IMG/VR virus record: IMGVR_UViG_3300027985_000843
Coordinates: 186,001 to 250,000 of that record
Strand: one strand, 5' to 3'
Length of the DNA: 64,000 nt
In this document: in pieces, positions 9,667-18,055 of the stretch
Position numbering within the stretch: the stretch's first letter is position 1
Layout of the letters: every line of letters starts with the position of its first letter
Translations under genes and position numbers: made by a program
The notes under the pieces: model-generated
The model's input: the letters and a program-made list of their open reading frames with translations, nothing else
Database searches by the model: none
Told to the model about the DNA's origin: nothing

Positions 9667-12108
9667 CTAGATCTTGACCTCGATCTCCTTCATCTCGATC
9701 GTGCAGGAGACCTTCTTGCCAGCGACATCGATCTCGATGGTGTTCTCGTCGAGGCTGGCGAACTCCGAGAACCACACCTGCCCCACCACGACGGAGAACT
9801 TGATCTGGGCCAGCTCGAACATGAGACGTCGAGCTTCGGTTCGAGAGGCGTCGAGCTTGCCCTTGAGCCATGTGGCGAACATGTCGTCCTGGTTGGCCGC
9901 GCTCTTGTACGCGTCGGAGGCCAGGAACGCGTCGACTTCAGCAATCGCTGTTGCCATGAGGGCGACGGACGGCGTCAAGAGATCCACAACCGAGGCCGTC
10001 TTGTCCTTGCTCTTCTTGAGCTTCTCGGCGGCCTTGGTGATGCCTTCCTGGGCCTTCGCCAATGTGGGCAGGCTCGACAGCCCCTTGAGCTTCACATTCA
10101 GTTCCTTGCCCATGTACACGTCGGAGGCGTCAGCTTGCACAGTCTTGGGCCCGAAGCCATTGTAGTCCGTGATGCCTTCCTCCTGAAGCCACGCGGCGGC
10201 GACGTCTCCGTAGACGACCTTGAAGCCCTCCGACTTCTTGGGGAACTTCTCCTTCAGGATGCTGTTGAAGACCTTCTGGTCGGCCTTAGCTTGAAGCATC
10301 TCGTACGTCTTGCGGGCCACGACGGCAGCGCTCACGGAGTTGACCATCTTGCGGTTGATCACGGGGATCTTGAGAAGGTCCACCACGAAGGACACGGGGC
10401 GCCCCGTGCCTGCCTTCTTGATGCGGGTACGTGCCTGCTCCACCGTCTCTCCGTCGATGTTGAGAATGGCTTCCATCGGCATGCCCGCCTCCCGCATCTG
10501 ACGCACGGTGCCCGCCGTCATGCGTACTGGGAGACGCGTGACGTTGACGATGCCGTCCTTGACGATCGTGTAGTTCCGATGGATGTATGTCGGGAACTTC
10601 ATGGGCAGCTTCTTCGCCATCTCGGCCGGCACTCGCTTCGAGATGTCCACCACGCCTTCCTTGCGAATGAGAATGCTGATGTTGGGACGGGTCTCGTTGA
10701 ACGTGAGGTTGCTGACCGGGTAGCCATTGGGCTCGTCCTCGAAGTCGAACGACAGCGGAGGCAGGCGATCGAGTTGCTTCTCCAGGGCGGAAATCTCCTT
10801 CTTCAGCTCCTTGCACTTGGCCTTGTCGTTCTCGGAGGCGAGCTGCTCCTTGAGGTCCTCCAGTCTCTTGACGTCGGGATCGAGCTGCGGTCGACCGATA
10901 CGCTTGTACTCGAAGTCCTTGCTGTCGAGCAGCACACGGTTGTCGTCATCCGAGGCGAGGATTCGAAGGAAGTCGAACACAGTGAAGGCGTCCTCGGACG
11001 GCACCTTGTTCGGGTCCCACCCATTCTCGAACCGGCCCTCGCCATACGCAGCGGTCTGCGTGGCCGCCATGAACTCGTTGTACTTCTGCTTGCCGAAGCA
11101 CCCGCTGAACTGCTCGATGAACCGGACATCGCCAAGAGCCCCGAGAAGGGGTAGGACGATATTGGACTTCATGCGAAGAGCGAACAGAGTGGTGGCCGCG
11201 TACGCTGTAGCAACGCAGGCAGGATCGGAGGTCTTCGGATTCTTGGCAGCGATTTTCGAGACGTCCACCAGATTACCGTCATCCTTGCCCACAGAGGACG
11301 AAGAGAGATAGGCGATCCACTGGAGGTCCTTGGGGGCCGAGATCTTGCCACCGGTCACCTCGTAGCTGATGAGATCCTTGTCGGTGGTCGCCGTGAAGAC
11401 GAAGCCCTCGATGGGATCGCCCTCCACCTTGACCTCGACCCGAGGGGCGGTCGACACCGTCTGGGTAAGCTTGCCCTCGAAGACGGGGGCGTACTTGTTG
11501 AAGTCCTCAGCGAAGATGAGGGTGCCGCCGGCCTTCTGAGCCATGGCCGTGAGCAGCTGACGATCCGCGTAATGGCCGTATTCGACGATGGTGATCGATC
11601 CGAGCTTGCCCGAGAGCGACTCCATCGTGCTGAGGATCTCGGCTCGACCCCACTGGTTGTCGTAACCGTCGCTCATGAAGAAGAGACTGAACGCACTCCC
11701 GGGACGCTTCTTGGATACGCGATCCACGAGCTTGGCGGCCTCTTCCAGGGGCTCTTTGAACCCAGTGAGGCCGATGGGCCTCAGCCACCGATCGATGGCC
11801 GCATTGACGTCCTGGAGGTCCGTGAGGGTGGCAACCGGTTCGGCTTCCAACAGAACACCGAACTGACGCCGACCCGAGAACCAGATGACACTGATGGTGT
11901 CTTCCTGGGCGAGCAGCTTGGGGAGCTTCTTCTTGAGCTGTTCTCTGATTCGAGGGAGGTCGTAGTACATCGACCCCGAACAATCGATGACCACCAGGTG
12001 ATTCGTGGGGGTCTTGACGGGCTTGGCTACCTTCTTGGGTTCCGACCCAAGGGTCTGTCTGACGAGATAGAGGTTGGGTGCAATCTTGTACGACTTGGTT
12101 GAATCCAT
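9667..12108 (-). CDS. Large vWA-domain protein
   Basis: MIDAS motif VVIDCSGSMY and FFMSDGYD. Start moved to MDSTKS (GGAG upstream). Confidence 0.85.
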   Translation of the reverse strand: MDSTKSYKIAPNLYLVRQTLGSEPKKVAKPVKTPTNHLVVIDCSGSMYYDLPRIREQLKKKLPKLLAQEDTISVIWFSGRRQFGVLLEAEPVATLTDLQDVNAAIDRWLRPIGLTGFKEPLEEAAKLVDRVSKKRPGSAFSLFFMSDGYDNQWGRAEILSTMESLSGKLGSITIVEYGHYADRQLLTAMAQKAGGTLIFAEDFNKYAPVFEGKLTQTVSTAPRVEVKVEGDPIEGFVFTATTDKDLISYEVTGGKISAPKDLQWIAYLSSSSVGKDDGNLVDVSKIAAKNPKTSDPACVATAYAATTLFALRMKSNIVLPLLGALGDVRFIEQFSGCFGKQKYNEFMAATQTAAYGEGRFENGWDPNKVPSEDAFTVFDFLRILASDDDNRVLLDSKDFEYKRIGRPQLDPDVKRLEDLKEQLASENDKAKCKELKKEISALEKQLDRLPPLSFDFEDEPNGYPVSNLTFNETRPNISILIRKEGVVDISKRVPAEMAKKLPMKFPTYIHRNYTIVKDGIVNVTRLPVRMTAGTVRQMREAGMPMEAILNIDGETVEQARTRIKKAGTGRPVSFVVDLLKIPVINRKMVNSVSAAVVARKTYEMLQAKADQKVFNSILKEKFPKKSEGFKVVYGDVAAAWLQEEGITDYNGFGPKTVQADASDVYMGKELNVKLKGLSSLPTLAKAQEGITKAAEKLKKSKDKTASVVDLLTPSVALMATAIAEVDAFLASDAYKSAANQDDMFATWLKGKLDASRTEARRLMFELAQIKFSVVVGQVWFSEFASLDENTIEIDVAGKKVSCTIEMKEIEVKI

Positions 12109-12145
12109 GATGCTGTCTCCGAGGGTAAAATTCCCACGAAGAACA

Positions 12146-12152
12146 TACACCG
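12146..12152 (-). promoter_or_regulatory. CGGTGTA element upstream of the vWA gene
   Basis: Intergenic copy, 37 nt before ATG 12108. Confidence 0.55.
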
Positions 12153-12169
12153 GGGACCACCCCGAGCCA

Positions 12170-12364
12170 TCAGATTTTTCGCGTAACCACCACGCCTCTG
12201 AACTCGAAATCGTTCCGCTTGCAATCGGGATTCATGCAGGCCGCCCCGGACACAACAGAGTCACACACGAGGCACCTGTTCTGGAGCTTTTGCCTCTCGA
12301 AGCACTCGTCACAGATGTCGCCCCCCTGAGGGATTTCTTGCTCTTTGCAGCTCAGACACTTCAT
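12170..12364 (-). CDS. Small double zinc-ribbon protein
   Basis: CLSC..CDEC..CLVC..CMNPDC in 64 aa. Confidence 0.55.
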   Translation of the reverse strand: MKCLSCKEQEIPQGGDICDECFERQKLQNRCLVCDSVVSGAACMNPDCKRNDFEFRGVVVTRKI

Positions 12365-12425
12365 GAGCCACGAGGATACACCAATCAGGAACAGCTCTCA
12401 AACCCAACCTGCCGTGAAATGGGGA

Positions 12426-12454
12426 AGGCCGCCTCAGGTTTCCCTGGGCGGCCT
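12426..12454 (-). terminator. Hairpin after the major capsid gene, probable intrinsic terminator
   Basis: Minus strand AGGCCGCC-CAGG-GAAA-CCTG-A-GGCGGCCT, followed by TCCCCATTTC (weak U tract). Confidence 0.55.
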
Positions 12455-12483
12455 AGAAGGCGAGGTTGTCGAAGGACCGGCTA

Positions 12484-13365
12484 CTAGAACCGGGTGATGA
12501 CCATGCGGGTGAGACCGCGCGGGTTGAAGGCACCGATGCCCACGTTTTCGAAGCAGGAGAAGCCGATCGTGCGGGCCTTCGGGTCGTCCGCCGACAGCAC
12601 GGTCAGTTCCGTACGGACGGGGAAGCGGCCGAAGTTCTCGGGCTCTGCGCAGATGTACACGTAGCCGGCCGGAACCAGACGCGACGTGATGATCTGGGCA
12701 CCCCACAGGGTGGCCTGGAGGCCAGTCTTGAGCAGGGTCGCCTGCGACTCGATGTCGAGGATGTCACGGCCGAACTTGCGGATGTCCGCGTAGTCCACCG
12801 CGTTCATGTAGATGCGGGCGACGCGCAGGTCGTGACGCTCCACCTCGGCGAAGGCATCTGCGAGGACGCTCGGGGAGATGGGGGCGACGACGGCGACGTC
12901 CGGGTTGGTCTGGCCCGGCAGGGTGTCGAAGCCGGACACTGCGATGGAGTCCAGAACCGCGAAGACACGCTCGTCCTCCGCCGCCTGGATCTGCGCCTTG
13001 GCGAGGTCCTGGCTGCGTTCGATCAGGTCGAAGCGACGCTCCTTGATCTGGGTCAGGGGGATCTCGGGGTTCGAAGCGATCTCGAACAACGGGAAGATGA
13101 CTCGACGCGGCTTCTGCACCGCGAGGATGTTCTCACCCTCTTCGCCGACGACGAACGCCGTGACCTCGGGGTCCTTATCGTAGATGGGGAGGGCCCCATC
13201 AGGCAACCCCTCGACGGCGAAGGTCTTGCGGCCCACTGCCGTGTAGTCTCTGCGGAGACGGAGGGGCTGAATCATCGAAGCGGCAAGCTTCGCACGACCG
13301 GCGGCCGTCTTGATGTACTCCGAGATGACCTTTTGCTTTTGCTCGTTGCTGATTTGCTGGTCCAT
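12484..13365 (-). CDS. Major capsid protein, HK97 fold (Bxz1-like by recalled similarity)
   Basis: KLAASMIQPLRLRRDY..LPIYDKD..FEIASNPEI..AQIQAAEDERVF pattern. It sits downstream of protease, scaffold and decoration genes and is followed by a hairpin. Confidence 0.85.
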   Translation of the reverse strand: MDQQISNEQKQKVISEYIKTAAGRAKLAASMIQPLRLRRDYTAVGRKTFAVEGLPDGALPIYDKDPEVTAFVVGEEGENILAVQKPRRVIFPLFEIASNPEIPLTQIKERRFDLIERSQDLAKAQIQAAEDERVFAVLDSIAVSGFDTLPGQTNPDVAVVAPISPSVLADAFAEVERHDLRVARIYMNAVDYADIRKFGRDILDIESQATLLKTGLQATLWGAQIITSRLVPAGYVYICAEPENFGRFPVRTELTVLSADDPKARTIGFSCFENVGIGAFNPRGLTRMVITRF

Positions 13366-13411
13366 GTCTTTTCTCCTAGCGGATGATCCTTTTGGTTACG
13401 GGTTTCCTCCG

Positions 13412-14035
13412 CTAGATCCGGAGATCCAGCACCATCAGGGAGTTGTTGGCGTCCGGGGCGACCTTGAGGATGCCCACCAAGGTGACGAAGTCGGGGTCGT
13501 TCTGCCCCGCGACGTTGTATTGATACGCGTCTTGGATTCGGTTGGTCAGGAGACCATTGACCGAAGCGTAGAGTGCATCACCGGACGCGTAGGTCAGAGC
13601 GGTGCTGGCGCCGACCTGGATCTGCGTCTCCCAGAGGGTGACTCCGACGACGCCCTGACCGGAAGCGTAGGGCCCACGACCGGAGGCGACTCCGGGGGTG
13701 TTCTCGTACGCATTGCCGACCGCGTCGTTCAAGAAGAGGCCGAGCGGCTTCTGTCCGGCCTGGTAGGCAGCGGTCACGAGGACCGGGCCGCCGTGGTACC
13801 CGTTGCCCTGGTCCGGTCGCGTGAAGGCGATCGTGGCACCGAGGATACCGACCTTGGTGATACCCGAGAGGGTCGTCGAAACGTTTGCGGTGGTCGTGAC
13901 GACCGGCGGATTGGCCTGCGTGAACGCATCTGCCGTAAGGATTCCCATCGAATTGCGAATCCCCATGTGGAACAGATGAATTCTGGAGCTGGTTTCCGCG
14001 AAGTCGCCCGAGCCCTGTCCTTGCGCTAGAGGCAT
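13412..14035 (-). CDS. Capsid decoration/cement protein
   Basis: Directly upstream of the MCP gene. PLGLFLND..LTYASGDALYASVNGLLT..VGILKVAP is a beta-tulip-like pattern. Confidence 0.65.
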   Translation of the reverse strand: MPLAQGQGSGDFAETSSRIHLFHMGIRNSMGILTADAFTQANPPVVTTTANVSTTLSGITKVGILGATIAFTRPDQGNGYHGGPVLVTAAYQAGQKPLGLFLNDAVGNAYENTPGVASGRGPYASGQGVVGVTLWETQIQVGASTALTYASGDALYASVNGLLTNRIQDAYQYNVAGQNDPDFVTLVGILKVAPDANNSLMVLDLRI

Positions 14036-14114
14036 GTTGTTCTCTCCTTACGAAACTCTTGACTTTGGCTGGGGTTGACTCATCTACATTTTCATCTGGG
14101 GGTTCGCTGGGGTC

Positions 14115-15350
14115 CTACCCTTCCGGGTTGAAGACGCCAGACACGTCGGGAGCCGACCGCCACAGTCCGGAGAGCGAGTCGACTTCAGAAGAAGTCGTCG
14201 ATCCCTCGGAGTGGGCACCTGCTCCACCAATCTGCGAGACACCACCGGACGGGCGGGTTCCCACCGTCCGCACGGATGCGTTTCTGACGTTGGGCGGCGG
14301 GGCCATGGGAGCCACCGGCATGCCGCTCTGGATGGCCTGGGCCTGTCGGGCTTGACGGACCTCGGGGTTGCTGGCGAACAGCGCGGAGAGGGTGTCACCC
14401 TCTTCCTGCGAGAGCATCACCTCGCCGATGTCCATCGGGGCACCTTCGAGTTGGACGTCCATCTCGGGGACCTGCTGCTGCATCGGACTGTCGTCCTGAA
14501 GCATCTGGTCGAGGATCTGGTCATCGCTCTGTTGCTGCATCTGCTGTTGCTGACCCGGCTGTTGCTGACCCAGCTGTTGCTGCACTTGCTGTTGCGGGCC
14601 CTGGCCCATCTGCTGAATGGCCTGTTGTACGGCCTGTTGCACCATCTGCTGGACCTGGTCCGCCGAGATCATCTGGTTGCCGCAGGCTTGCTTCTGGCCC
14701 TGCTGCTGACCCTGGTCGGAGTCGCCGCCCTGGTCATCCTGGTCCTGATCGTCGTTGGCTTGCTTGGCCTGTTGACCTTGCTGCTGACCCTGGTCGGAGT
14801 CGCCGCCCTGGTCATCCTGGTCCTGGTCCTGGGACGCCTTCTTGTCGCCCTTGTCGTCGCCCTTGTCGTCGCCCTTGTCGTCGCCCTTGTTCTTCTTCTG
14901 TTGCTCCAAGAACTCGGGCGGGAGCTGACCGGCGGTCTGGATGCGCTCACTCGTCTCGACAAGGTCCTTGTCGGGGAGGTGCATCAGGGCGGCGGCCTGG
15001 AATTCGAGCATCGATTCATCCGCAGAGGGGAGCATGTGACGTGCGACGCGAAGGCAGATCTCGCCCTTCTTGTGCAGGGTCTCCATGTCGACACCGGCGG
15101 TCTTGAAGGTGTCATTGCGGAAGTCGGGCATCCCGATCTCGTTCCGCCTCGTCTCGCCGCCGGACTGTTCTGCTTCCCAAGTGTCCGTCGAAGGGTGGAC
15201 GTCTTCGGCGAACTCGGAAGGACCACCGGTCGTGTACTTGTCAGCGGCCGGCTGCTGTTGCAGGTGGTCCTGGTTCATGGCTCGGGGGTCTTCTGCGACC
15301 TTACCGTTACCGGCTCCCGTAGTCCTTGCCCAAGTGGTGCGCTTACGCAT
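14115..15350 (-). CDS. Probable scaffolding protein
   Basis: Lies between the protease and the decoration/MCP genes. Gln/Asp-rich low complexity. Start moved to MRKRTTW (AGGAG upstream). Confidence 0.55.
   Translation of the reverse strand: MRKRTTWARTTGAGNGKVAEDPRAMNQDHLQQQPAADKYTTGGPSEFAEDVHPSTDTWEAEQSGGETRRNEIGMPDFRNDTFKTAGVDMETLHKKGEICLRVARHMLPSADESMLEFQAAALMHLPDKDLVETSERIQTAGQLPPEFLEQQKKNKGDDKGDDKGDDKGDKKASQDQDQDDQGGDSDQGQQQGQQAKQANDDQDQDDQGGDSDQGQQQGQKQACGNQMISADQVQQMVQQAVQQAIQQMGQGPQQQVQQQLGQQQPGQQQQMQQQSDDQILDQMLQDDSPMQQQVPEMDVQLEGAPMDIGEVMLSQEEGDTLSALFASNPEVRQARQAQAIQSGMPVAPMAPPPNVRNASVRTVGTRPSGGVSQIGGAGAHSEGSTTSSEVDSLSGLWRSAPDVSGVFNPEG
14701..14890. repeat. Intragenic repeats in the scaffold gene
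   Basis: 47-bp direct repeat at 14701-14747 and 14779-14825 (encoding QDQDDQGGDSDQGQQQ), plus about four 12-bp units encoding GDDK. Confidence 0.85.
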
Positions 15351-15393
15351 GATGTCACTTCTCCTGCCCATGGAGGGCGTATAAAGAGAATCA

Positions 15394-16884
15394 CTACGCC
15401 CGGGAGCCCAGGTCGTACAATCTTCCCTTTGCCAACAGAGTGTCCTCTTCAGACCTCATCAATTCCCTACCCAATACCCGACGGCACGCTGCCAGGTAGC
15501 TCTTTTCATTTTCATAGGGGGCGAAGCCTCCGACAGCGACAATTGCACGATACAGGCGAGATTCGCCTGCTACCTTTGGAGTACCTTGGAACGTGTCGAG
15601 GAACCGAGACATTGCCAGGAAGTCCACACCCTTCAAACGGTCTGATGCTTGAACACACTTCCAGCCACCCCTGCGGTATAGAAGGAATCCAAACAAGACG
15701 CGGCGGGCAGTGTCACTACTACCCAACTTCGCAACGACCGCTCTGGAGATGCCTACCCATTGAGGGCTGGACATTGCTTCCTTCCTCAAGGTCTCATTGA
15801 GGTTTTCCTGAAGGTCAGCGTCAGGAGTCTCTCCGTCGCCCATCTCGTTGCGGACCTTTTTCAAGGCTTTTTCACGAAGGTACTCGGCGACGTCATTGAC
15901 TGCATCTTGCAGTGGGTCCTTCTGAGGTGCAGGTGTGGAAGAACCACCCTGACCTTGACCTTGACCCTGACTGTCATCACCGAAGTCAAAAGCTGCACGA
16001 AGGCTTGCAGCCCTCTGCATGACGCCTTTGTCGGCCATCCTCGTGGGTTGAGAAAAGGCAACCTGAATACGTGACCCGAGTGCCTTGACTTGGTCAGGGG
16101 TCAGGATGTTTCGAAGCACCGCACCGGTAAAGGCGGGGTTGGCTACCCATGACGCCTCGATGAACTTGACACTTCCAGGCTCGGCGTTGATGTGACCACA
16201 GATCTCAGCGATCCGACGATTCTTGCCAAGCTCGTCGGTGAAGGAGTTGCCCTTCTGGTACCGAATGTGTGAGCACAGCTGCGTCTCGTCCTCGGCCTTG
16301 TTTCCACACTTGGAGCAGAGGGTGAAGGCGACTTGACAACCCATGGACAGGGTTTGAAGTTCACCTGACTCAACTGCCGCAATGAGCGGCCTGTGCTTGC
16401 GGTCGGTAGCAACGAGGATATCGACATAGATCGAGTCCCCGATGTCCCTCGCAGCTGCGTCGAGGATCTTGCCCTTGGACAGCTCGGGGATCTGCAAGTG
16501 CTCGACGTAGTTCTCACCACCAGTGAAGGTGCGATAGGTCGCGAGCAGAAGCTTTCGCTCCCAGCTGTCATGGTTGTTGTTGACGTACTGACTCGTCTCG
16601 GGCTTGATCAGAAAGTCAGCGTACTGACGATTGATCTGGAAGCCGTCCACCATCTGTGTGCCCAACTTGACATTGGGTGGCGCCTCCGTGTCCACGGAAG
16701 CAATGATGGTGCAATGACTCAGCATGTACTGGTCAGGATGGAACTGCTGAAGCACGACCTCCGACGCCTGTCGAGTGCCGAAGGCCGAGCCGAGTTGCAT
16801 CGCTGTGGCCCGGACCGAGTCCCACACATCCATGGTGATGGAGGGCTTGATGACGGCCGCGTTGGCGTACTTCAGGAATGCCAT
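15394..16884 (-). CDS. Prohead (capsid maturation) protease with Zn-ribbon insert
   Basis: NNNHDSW..FTGGENYVEH (His) and LSMGC (Ser), then CSKCGN..CSHI. Located upstream of scaffold and MCP. Confidence 0.75.
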   Translation of the reverse strand: MAFLKYANAAVIKPSITMDVWDSVRATAMQLGSAFGTRQASEVVLQQFHPDQYMLSHCTIIASVDTEAPPNVKLGTQMVDGFQINRQYADFLIKPETSQYVNNNHDSWERKLLLATYRTFTGGENYVEHLQIPELSKGKILDAAARDIGDSIYVDILVATDRKHRPLIAAVESGELQTLSMGCQVAFTLCSKCGNKAEDETQLCSHIRYQKGNSFTDELGKNRRIAEICGHINAEPGSVKFIEASWVANPAFTGAVLRNILTPDQVKALGSRIQVAFSQPTRMADKGVMQRAASLRAAFDFGDDSQGQGQGQGGSSTPAPQKDPLQDAVNDVAEYLREKALKKVRNEMGDGETPDADLQENLNETLRKEAMSSPQWVGISRAVVAKLGSSDTARRVLFGFLLYRRGGWKCVQASDRLKGVDFLAMSRFLDTFQGTPKVAGESRLYRAIVAVGGFAPYENEKSYLAACRRVLGRELMRSEEDTLLAKGRLYDLGSRA

Positions 16885-17336
16885 CAGATGTCACCGTATT
16901 CGCCGTCTTTGATGGCCTTTTCGTATTCCTTCGCGAGCTTCTCTGCGAGGGCCATTCGCAACGACTTGGGGAAGAGATCCGGCATCCGAGTGCCCGGAGA
17001 CGCGTGTTGCTTGATGTACTCCTTGGCGCCGGACTCGACCCAGTACATCCACAGCTTCGGGGCGAGGTTGGGGTCGTACTGGCCCTTCTTCATCTTCCGC
17101 TTGATGTTGTCGATGATGCTCTTCTTCTGGTTGTGAATCTTGCCCTCGTTCTCCATGAATAGTTCAAGGTCATCGAGAGACGCCCGATCGAAGGCAGTCA
17201 CTTCACCAGCCACGCGGAAGGCCAGGTGACGAAGGATCGCAGCGATGGGGCCGCGAGCCATCTTCTGTCTGACCAAGAGGGCTTGAACGCGAACCAACTC
17301 GTCTTGAAGCTCTTGGGGGGATGCAATCTTGTCCAT
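16884..17336 (-). CDS. Hypothetical head-module protein (150 aa)
   Basis: Start moved to MDKIASPQ (ATG 17336, GGAG upstream). Confidence 0.55.
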   Translation of the reverse strand: MDKIASPQELQDELVRVQALLVRQKMARGPIAAILRHLAFRVAGEVTAFDRASLDDLELFMENEGKIHNQKKSIIDNIKRKMKKGQYDPNLAPKLWMYWVESGAKEYIKQHASPGTRMPDLFPKSLRMALAEKLAKEYEKAIKDGEYGDI

Positions 17337-17338
17337 TT

Positions 17339-18046
17339 TCACCACTCCACAGGGTTGCCGTCGGGCCCGAAGATGTCGTCTCGCTTGATGACGAACAGGT
17401 CGACCGGACACACAAACAGGTGCATCTTCTGGCCTTCCCGCATCTTGTAGGTAGTGCGACGCATAGCCGCCCCGCAACGAGGACAACTGGGGCACTTGGC
17501 CTCAAGCTCTCGGCGGGTGGCACGATGTTGACGGTTCTGGGCCATCCAGTAGGTAGCTGTCTTGGCGACGGCTGCCTGTAAGTAGAGGTTGAGTGTGTTG
17601 GATGCGAAACGGTAGAACTTGTCTACCTCGTCCCGGAGCGCCTCATCCTGCGAGTAAGAGGCATACCGATGCCACAGCTCGTTGTACGCCTGAATCTCGT
17701 TGGCTTTTCGATTGAAGAGTCGAGCGAGTTCCTTGTGAAACCCGTCCGGGACTTCTGTCGTCCTCCACTTGTTCATGGATGCCTGTTTGGCGACATCCAA
17801 TCCAGGGTGGTAGCCGAACGTGAGAGAGGGGGGCAGGTAGTACCCGAAACGAGGATCCACCTTCAGCAGCTCGTCGGGGAAGACACGCTCCGTCCCGAAA
17901 GGCCACTGCACATCCACGACGCCCAACCCCGGCAACGACGCAAGCACTCGACCGGAGTAGGGCGAGATGCCCTGACCCGCGAGCACTCGCTGGACGATGT
18001 CGCCAACGGCAAAGTCCTTTGCTAGCTGCCAGTAGTCGATCGTCAT
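17339..18046 (-). CDS. Head-module protein with C-terminal Zn ribbon
   Basis: SH3/KOW-like N-terminus (VGDIVQRV..GRVLA..VDVQWP) and C-terminal CPRC..CPVD. Confidence 0.6.
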   Translation of the reverse strand: MTIDYWQLAKDFAVGDIVQRVLAGQGISPYSGRVLASLPGLGVVDVQWPFGTERVFPDELLKVDPRFGYYLPPSLTFGYHPGLDVAKQASMNKWRTTEVPDGFHKELARLFNRKANEIQAYNELWHRYASYSQDEALRDEVDKFYRFASNTLNLYLQAAVAKTATYWMAQNRQHRATRRELEAKCPSCPRCGAAMRRTTYKMREGQKMHLFVCPVDLFVIKRDDIFGPDGNPVEW

Positions 18047-18055
18047 GGGGAAACC

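Noticed and set aside
5304-15800. Long plus-strand ORFs (5304..6521, 9601..11154, 12466..13386, 14211..15800)
   Set aside because: They are antisense shadows of well-supported minus-strand genes. These are expected at high GC3 and show no recognisable motifs.
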